This document shows, piece by piece, positions 37,020-44,534 of a stretch of DNA of 44,534 bases. Numbering within the stretch: the stretch's first letter is position 1; each line of letters opens with the position of its first letter. The notes beneath the pieces were generated by a model. The model saw nothing but the letters and a program-made list of their open reading frames with translations. It did no database searches and was not told where the DNA came from. Origin of the DNA: Catajapyx aquilonaris (lineage: Eukaryota). Both the position numbers and the translations under genes were made by a program. Location of the stretch: contig JYFJ02000141.1 in the NCBI GenBank assembly GCA_000934665.2, positions 186,001 to 230,534 on the forward strand. Direction: 5' to 3'.

Positions 37020-38357
37020 ATGTTCAACGAGACAATATTCTGCAGCCTAGATGACCTGAGCACATCCAAAGCTTGTCAGTTGTTGGATCCAACACCGGAC
37101 TGCTGTTTTCCTAAGTTTCCGCATGCTTTTGTCAACGTTGCTGTGATATATTTGTTGTTTCTGGCAGTATTTGGGAGCGTAGGACATTCGCTGACTATAA
37201 TCGTAATCATTTATGGACGGAAGAAGTGTAAAGATCCATTGAGGCAAGTTACACTCTGTGTATACACTGCAGTTTGTAAAATAATGTACTGTATATTTTT
37301 CAGCCCACTTCTGAGTGTAACGACGACACTTTTGCTGAATTTGAACGTCGCAGATTTCCTCACCTGCTCGACAATACTGCCGTTAAATGCCGCCACCTAT
37401 TTTTATCGTGGATGGCACTTCAGTCCCACCCTATGTCAAGCATTTGCATTTATACGAGCCACATTTTCCTATGCATCCCGGACTAGTCTTGCGGCGATGG
37501 TTCTTTGCAGGTTAGTCGTCTTTTTGCGTATTGGCAATCAATGTAATTGTTGCATCGCACTTACATTACAGACTGTTGGGTCTAACCTGTCGGAAACTCT
37601 GTCGGATAATCTTTGGAACCTTACATGGAGCGCCGGCAATATTTGGGATTTGGATCATCTCACTTGGAGTTTTCGCTGGAATTCTGCTGAAGGTCAGTCG
37701 CATTATTTATTGTTTATGCACCGTGCGAATCGTGTTAATATTCTGCACATTTTTTTGCAGGATGTACGAACTTTCGGGTACAGCAAGGCTGCAGGACAGT
37801 GCATGCCTCTTTCTTACGAGCGATTCGAATCTGTAATGATCATCGGAGGCGTGTTTTTACTTCCATGGTTGTTGGTCCTAGTGTTTTCACTTTTGGGCTT
37901 AGTCATCAAACTGCATCTGAGCAAGAAAAATATATTCGCCATTCCGTAAGTAACTTATAAATTAATAACAGCAAATGAGATTCATGCAGATGCTTTTCAG
38001 TGGATTAGCTTCTACGACTCGAGAGCAGCTGCGATTAAGAGAGAACCGCATGACCATACTGTGCGCACTTCTTGCAGCCTCGTCAACCGTAACGACAATT
38101 CCACTAGTCACATTGTTTTTGTCCTGGGAACATTCCAAAATGTCACATTATCCGTACATCCATCTCATATCGGTATTGCGAATATTGCTAGACTTTAATA
38201 TCTACATCCTTAGGTGAGACGTAGCTTAATTGCACATTCCGTGAATTTATATGATCATACTCTACTTTTCAGGATCAGTTGCTACAGAGACTCATACATT
38301 AGATTCTTCAGAGACGTGAAAAGTTGGTTGGGGCATCTTCTAATTATTAGCAGATAA
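37020..38357 (+). CDS. Class A GPCR, Tre1/moody-like, copy B; exons 37020-37243, 37304-37510, 37572-37692, 37761-37945, 38001-38213, 38273-38357 (344 aa)
   Basis: Paralog of copy A with the same intron positions and phases. Exons total 1035 nt in frame, and all length differences from copy A are multiples of 3. Confidence 0.85.
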
Positions 38358-38810
38358 CTGCTTATAATGTAATGATGTAATTATGACAATTCTACGGATA
38401 ATTTCAAATGGATGTGTTCATCAACTATTGATTAATAGTGTATGATGCATGTGGTTATACTGACTTATTAATATTATTGTCTTCTGGCTATATTTAACCG
38501 AGAATACATTATGTGTACATGACGAGCATATATGGCCCACCATTGGGTAAAATAAATAATGTGTAAATGAAGGAATTAATAAAATGAGCCTTTTTGTAAG
38601 AAAGTCTTGCTCCAACGTCACACATCTCTATGAATAACCTTTTTTTGCCAGGTAGCTTTAACCATAGACCTAAGGTCTATGACTTTAACATGAACTAATC
38701 ATGAACATCACTGGTGTAACGCCAGACCTATCACCAGAATAAATGAAACCAGTGTGGCTGGACCATGCCTCCTTCATTGAAACATATTAATGCAGGGCAT
38801 GAACTAGTGC

Positions 38811-38869
38811 TTCTTCTGCCACTTTGGAAAATGTCGCTAGCAGTATGCCTCGATTTATGTCCAACACTG
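38811..38869. mobile_element. Solo right-end fragment of the MITE family seen at 1911-2074
   Basis: ttcttctgccactttggaaaatgtcgctagcagtatgcctcgatttatgtccaacactg|TA matches 2016-2073. No nearby partner arm seen. Confidence 0.8.
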
Positions 38870-38966
38870 TACAAAGTAAATAAGTTCCTCACATAATTTC
38901 ATTTTACTTCTTTTTATGTCCCTTACTATTTCGCTCTTTCAGCATGCCATGGGAATTGGCCCCATC

Positions 38967-39721
38967 CTATCTGTTCAACTCCAGTCTTTCCCATTCGATT
39001 GCCAACCGCTCTCGTTCAACTTCCAGTCTTTCCCGTTCGATTGCCAACCGCTCTCGTTCAACTTCCAGCCTCTCTTGCTCAAGTGCCAGCTTCTCCTGGT
39101 CAAGTGCCAGCTGCGACTGTGCAATTGCCTCTTGCATGTGTTGCAGCTGTACCATCAGAGTGCGGTTCTCAATAGTTGTGGAACGCGGTATTGTCAGTAC
39201 TCGCATCCTTTGGTCTAAATGGAATAAGATCAGTTTTGTGAGCATAAGTTTTGCGGACCAGTGACATTGTGATGGTCAAATAAACCAGCCTTAAATAAAC
39301 AAACTATTAACAGAAAGTGTTTACATGATTCGAAATGTGGTCCCCTCTCCATGTGAACTGGTGCAGGCTGGACTTTCTTCTTTGCAGCGTGATTTTTACT
39401 ACCTGAAAATTGATCAAGTTTTATGATAAGCAACAAACATCTCAGCCAAGCAAACAAAATTGTCCCACCCTGTGAAGTGGGGTCAAAAAATGCTCTGATT
39501 TCCAACCTCCACAACAGTAGGTTGCGGATTGCTTTCTGAACGCAGAAAACTCCTCTCATGTTATGAAAAAACGTGACTCTCCTCTCATTGATATTAACAC
39601 CAGCAATTAAAAGATTCTTACTCTTCTTTATTTTCAACCTAGTTGTATCCAGGTCACAAATGGCAGTCATTTCCATCTCATCAGAGCCAAGGGGACGCAA
39701 AGCTCACCGAGTTCCACTCAT
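38967..39721 (-). CDS. Small spliced gene encoding a C-terminal E/R-rich coiled coil; upstream exons uncertain
   Basis: The last exon after acceptor ttccatttag encodes LALDQEKLALEQERLEVERERLAIERERLEVERERLAIEWERLEL (heptads). Several minus-strand splice sites lie upstream, with a candidate ATG at 39721 followed by donor CG|GTGAGC. Confidence 0.5.
38981..39064. repeat. 42-bp tandem repeat x2 (1 mismatch) within the coiled-coil exon
   Basis: ccagtctttccc[a/g]ttcgattgccaaccgctctcgttcaactt occurs twice. Confidence 0.9.
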
Positions 39722-39789
39722 GGTTCGACTTCAGCATGCCGGGACAATAGGCAGGGTGCATTCCGACCGCTGCTTTACCTCCACAACTG

Positions 39790-40010
39790 AGTGCATAAAA
39801 CGTGATTGATAGTAGCTGCGATTGTAGCCAGTTATATTATCAATATTTTCGAGATGATAGCTGCGATTTTACAGGTAGCCGTGATGCGATCGGACCAACC
39901 GGCTTAATTGATCGATAGGGGCCAGCCGGTGTGGTCGTGTTCCTTTTGAGCGGCAAAAGTGTGACCCCTGCAGACACAGGTAGGTCAAAGGTTAGTGCCC
40001 GGTAAGGTCA
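39790..40010. promoter_or_regulatory. Probable bidirectional promoter with DRE-like ATCGATA (39911-39917)
   Basis: Lies between the divergent coiled-coil gene and POLE3. Contains an ATCGATA core and a duplicated tagctgcgatt. DRE elements are typical of insect replication/housekeeping promoters. Confidence 0.45.
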
Positions 40011-40136
40011 GGGTGAGGCTGAGAGGCCCCAAGGGCGGATCCAGGGGCCGACTCAGACAGCCACACCCCGGGCATCATGTTACAATAACAATTCCTTTGT
40101 TCTCCTTATCTCCTCTTTTGTGTCGCTCCAGCAGAG

Positions 40137-40592
40137 ATGGCTGGGGTGTCTGAGACCTTGGAGGATCTGAACCTGCCCAACTCGGTGATTGCCCGGCTGA
40201 TCAAGGATAGCATCCCCAGCGGGGTGATTGTGTCCAAGGATGCAAGGGTTGCTATCTGTCGTGCTGCGTCCATATTCATCATGTACGCTACGGCTTCTGC
40301 TTGCAACCAGGCCACCAAGCACAACCGGAAGGTCATCAGCGGACAGGATGTGATCGACGCAATGGACGCCATGGAGTTCGGGGAGTTCAAGGCCGTCCTG
40401 GTTGAATTTTTGGAGAGTGAGTGTCGGCTGATGTTTGAGATTAATTGGGGCTACAGGTTTCTAATTATGACATTTGTACTGACAGACTTCCACAAGAAGC
40501 AGCAGGAGAAGAAGGAGACGGCAGCTAAGAAGAGGAAGGTACGAAACTCAGCCAAGAAGGGAGCTGGCAACGAGAACCAGGAGGCTGACTGA
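40137..40592 (+). CDS. POLE3: DNA polymerase epsilon subunit 3 / CHRAC17 histone-fold protein; exons 40137-40416 and 40486-40592
   Basis: EDLNLPNSVIARLIKD..VSKDAR.AI.RAASIF.MYAT..RK.ISGQDV..AM..MEF..F matches the POLE3/DPB4 H2B-like fold. Removing the GT-AG intron 40417-40485 gives LENFHKKQQEKKE, a basic tail. Confidence 0.95.
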   Translation: MAGVSETLEDLNLPNSVIARLIKDSIPSGVIVSKDARVAICRAASIFIMYATASACNQATKHNRKVISGQDVIDAMDAMEFGEFKAVLVEFLESECRLMFEINWGYRFLIMTFVLTDFHKKQQEKKETAAKKRKVRNSAKKGAGNENQEAD

Positions 40593-40838
40593 AGTCAGGG
40601 TTTCGCTCTCTGTATTCAGACAATATTATTCCTAATGCAGTGGCAATGATGCTTCCATTTTTGTATGCGAGGGGCATTTTTATTCAGTTACAATACAAGT
40701 CCAATAAGCCATATTACACATGCGCAAGGGATTGATTGTTTTAGTCCAGATTGGCCAGAATTGCATTATTTTATGGCATGTAGCGAAAGCTGGCAAAATT
40801 GTGCTGCATCATTGGACCTGTCAATTTATTGCCTTGTA

Positions 40839-40859
40839 TTGATTGATTGATTGATTGAT
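40839..40859. repeat. (TTGA)n microsatellite
   Basis: ttgattgattgattgattgat read directly. Confidence 0.8.
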
Positions 40860-42199
40860 GGACATAGGTGGGAGGCAGGCACAAGAAGGGCAGCTATCTA
40901 TTCGAGCCACTCTTTATTTCCCCTAAAGGCAGAAATAGACAGGTCTGAAGTGATGCAGCACATTTTTACCAGAGCTCACTACATGTTGGTAGTAGAACAG
41001 CATACGACTTGATCCTGTGATGCTTGTTTCCATCAAACCTAGTGTACTCATTTATGCTGATGGGAAAGTAAATTCTTCCAAATCAGAATTAATAGGCTCA
41101 AGCAAAACTAGTTTACTAGAAAAAGACTGATGCTTCTCTTGGTTCATTAATGCCTTCACATCCACGACATTGTTCCTATCATGCCAAGAATGTTCTGCCA
41201 GTGGTTGCTAATTCTTATGCTTCTAATGCTTTTACGACTCAATGCAGAGATAGAAAATTTAGACCCTGTAGATCAGCGCAGTAGCCAAAGAGAATTCTCA
41301 ACTCTGTATGTGATACACCGTTTCCATATACTGCTGTGCAGGCAACAGTCATGTCATCTGAATTCGTTACCTTCGTAGAGAGGGTCATGGGATGAATTTT
41401 TCAAATGTGTGGTGCGAGATGTGACGGCACTAATGTGTTCAAATGGCTTACTGCACTTGTGATGACCAGCTATTTCTCGGAAGGAGAATAGCTCAGAATA
41501 AGCATCAGCTTTATGTGATTGCCACTCCCTGTCATATATTCAGATTATGCTTTGTTAATGTTTTTTCACTGCCACATACTTCAACTTGTGCCGTTTCCTC
41601 AACAGGCGTTGGTTGTATGTGCAGTGTTTTGGAATTAAAAACCATGCTAAAATGACGATAAATCGTATCTTCTTTCAATATTCAGTAATGATAAAAAGCA
41701 AAAAATGGAGTAAAACCAAACTGTAACTTTTCAAATGTATTGACCACTTTACGTAAACATGCAGAAAAGTTCACTTCTATTGCAGTTTATTTGGGGGTTA
41801 TGGGACATTTTATCGTATCTTTCCTGCACTAGTGTCACATAGGTACTTTTTGCGTTGTCCCGGACGAAGCAAGCGTCGGACACTCCGGGACTTTTACACA
41901 CTGTTTGAGAACATCATGAAGGACAACTGTACCAAAAATTAGCTTTCTATCTCAAATTTCCACCTTTAGCTGTTTTTCAGTCTAGATTGACTGGGCTATT
42001 TATGTGAACATGCAGACATGCAGTACTGTACCACACCCAATCCAAGGAAATAGTTTTTTAAAAGCATGATCATACATAATTATTGTCCCCTTAACGATTT
42101 TTAAAAAGATTGGTATGTAAATACATATGTAAAACACATGCATTGCAATCAGCTTTAATATCCCATAAATTTTCTGCAAGGCATACAGTAACTTTCGTT

Positions 42200-42931
42200 A
42201 TCCCCCTCAAAAACGCACTCGTAAAAAACGCGCCAAGTCGTTTGCCGAAAAAACCTGTGAGATAGTGCCTGGGAGCCATGCCTTGTCCACTCCGCCGTAC
42301 AAAGTCGTGAGATCGTGGTGGACGCCAAGCCTTTCTTCGAGGCTATAAGCTAAGTGAGATGACTTGGCCGGACTTGGTTCACGTGCACGAGGAACAATAC
42401 GGGTTCAGTTCGCTGGAATTTGGTCAAGTTACCCAATTTTAGCTGTATACGACTCAATTATCAAGTCTAATAAACCGCGATTGTAATCATGTGCGATTCG
42501 AAGATGACATTTTGTAGTCCTGTGATACGAATCAGAGGTCCAAGTATATTTATAATTCTTCTAATGAATCAAGGAACTGTATTTGTAATTTGAAGGTGGA
42601 GTTGTTACGTTACTGCTCCACCATTGACAGTTAAAAGTTAATATTATTCCATTCGAAGGTCACATTTTTGGGTAATGGCTCTACCAATGAGTGTTAAAAG
42701 TTTACTTTCTATTATATTAAACCACGCATCGCATTGTTCCTCGTGCCCGTGAACCAAGTCCGGCCAAGTCATCTCACTTAGCTTATAGCCTCGAAGAAAG
42801 GCTTGGCGTCCACCACGATCTCACGACTTTGTACGGCGGAGTGGACAAGGCATGGCTCCCAGGCACTATCTCACAGGTTTTTTCGGCAAACGACTTGGCG
42901 CGTTTTTTACGAGTGCGTTTTTGAGGGGGAT
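42200..42931. mobile_element. 732-bp non-autonomous foldback/MITE-like element with 199-bp terminal inverted repeats
   Basis: 42200-42398 is the reverse complement of 42733-42931 with one mismatch seen (gtgcacga vs tcgtgccc). The 334-bp AT-rich spacer has no intact ORF. Confidence 0.9.
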
Positions 42932-44125
42932 CTCACCACTTTTTGTTAAGTTGAATCATGGTTGAATGAATGAATGACACGAAGAAAGTAAAAATGTAGC
43001 TGCCTCGGAGTATGACCAATCTCCTTGTCCCTAGAATCTATTTGCGCTGCATTCACCTTGAGTATTGTCCACGACGAAACAACCCCCCNTTGGAGATATG
43101 TTTGGTTATCCTCTTGAACCCGATGTACATATTTGGGGAACTTTGGATGCCTCTTAGAATGAGTGAATTGGAAACTGCAAAGGTCCGGCCTGAATTTAAG
43201 TCTTAGTCTGTTATATTCCGTTAAATGGCTTCATCGTTAGCTTTAACTTAAGTGCGATCAAAGTTATTAGATGAATTCCATCAAATTTTTTGACTCGAGA
43301 CAAGGCCACACACGCTTGACCACAACAGAAAAGTAGTGACGACCCAAAGTCCATAATATACACTGTCTATAAGCTCAATGCTCAAACCCTGCGCTGGCTC
43401 TTACGAATCGTGATGCCGTCACGTCAGCTGTTGTTTCCTATGGATGAATGCGTTTGTCATAATTTGAAATATTTGCTCTTGATCGGTATTAACCGGTATT
43501 AACTCTTGACCGATTGAAAATTTAATTCTTACGAATTTAACTTTTTGTGGCTAATCGGGGTGGTATGGAACACTGTGTACAGACCCAACTGCGCCGTTAA
43601 CCAAGTCAAGAGTTTGATTTGGAACAGAGAGTGAGAGAAAGACACGTCTAGCCTCTAGAATTCTCTTTGCAACAATGTCAATACATTGGTACTATGGAGA
43701 CCATAATTATATCATGTATTGTTCCTTTTTTTTGAATTATTTTCGTGTTTGAATGGCGGCAGTCTGCACCCAAAATGGGCGATTTACAGTTTTAGACTTT
43801 TCCTGGTGGTTTCAGATGAGGACCAATTTTTGTGCAAATCTTGGGATCTGTATACGCTAACTGGAACTGGTCAATACCACCCCCCAACCCACCACAAATC
43901 CAGGATCCGGACGGGCGGAGGAGGGGCGAAAAAAGGTGCTTTCTCAGGAACCCCCTCAAAACCCAACTCCTCGGGACGAGTATATCGAAAATCCGAGAAC
44001 TTTTCGATCACACCTCGTACTTTATCACTGCATGACATCAAAACCATTTGCTGCCTTTCCTTGAAGTGAGAGACTACATTAAGTCATTAACTAATTATTG
44101 AAGAATTATTTTTTCCCTCAACCTC

Positions 44126-44175
44126 TTCGCGGAGCACTTGGAGAAGGTTCGTGGATCACAGTTTGTGAACCTCTG
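44126..44175 (-). mobile_element. Possible hAT-type terminal fragment
   Basis: Minus strand cagaggttcacaaactgtgatccacgaacc resembles recalled hAT/Charlie ends (CAGNGGTTCTCAAA.TGTGGTCC). No partner end found. Confidence 0.35.
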
Positions 44176-44534
44176 CAATAAGTCATAGCCACCTCACAAT
44201 GCGTTACTTCATTTTTGGATAATGACTCTTCCGGCGTGGAATTACTCTATGGCAAAATGGCTACCTCATTTGTGGTAGTCACTGTTGTAATCCCTGTCGA
44301 AGGCGTATAGGAGGGCAGGGAAATGAGGAGCACAGCAAAACTTCTTCTGCTCTATAATATAGGCTACAGTTCTGCTAGTCAAAGAGTCTAGTACATTGCC
44401 ATGCAACACTTCACATTGTTGTCATTGTTGTTGGTTAAAATCTGAATTTTTTTCTTGTTATAATGGCCACCATCCTGAACCGGGTTGACCTACTTGCAAT
44501 GTTGGACTTTTCCCGGAGGTTTGAAAGCAGGGCC

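Larger units (their letters stand above)
35125..38370 (+). repeat. Tandem gene duplication (~35125-36560 vs ~36910-38370)
   Basis: Exons, introns and ~100 bp of upstream sequence (gcacacaatacaaatg vs gcatacaatacaaatg) remain alignable by eye. Confidence 0.9.

Noticed and set aside
37020..37949. 309-aa single ORF as the GPCR protein
   Set aside because: It reads through introns and translates exon 3 out of frame. The spliced model matches the paralog.
38981..39110. CRISPR-like repeat array
   Set aside because: Contiguous coding repeats with no spacers, in a eukaryotic context.
41262..41280. miR-10-like accctgtagatc
   Set aside because: The 3' half does not match, and there is no hairpin or Hox context.
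43090..43140. miR-190-like start (agatatgtttg) in a weak hairpin
   Set aside because: Only ~11 nt match from memory, with poor pairing.

Overview
Eukaryotic, metazoan genomic DNA, probably arthropod-like (inference from 55-90 nt introns, a Tre1/moody-like GPCR, and C2H2/THAP genes). No CRISPR, rRNA or tRNA recognised. The left ~26 kb has no convincing protein-coding ORF. It looks like 5' leader/intron territory of a large minus-strand gene whose CDS lies outside the window, with several strong minus-strand splice sites, TA-flanked MITEs and a probable decayed retroelement at the left edge. The 27-41 kb block is gene-dense. It holds a minus-strand cluster of one THAP-domain gene followed by three single-exon-CDS C2H2 zinc-finger ORFs, a tandem pair of six-exon divergent class-A GPCR genes sharing a GC-AG first intron, a small coiled-coil gene, and POLE3/CHRAC17 head-to-head with it. 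At 42.2-42.9 kb is a young 732-bp foldback element with 199-bp inverted arms. The most interesting hypothesis is that the THAP exons and downstream zinc-finger ORFs form one alternatively spliced or polycistronic unit. All calls were made by eye, without database searches.
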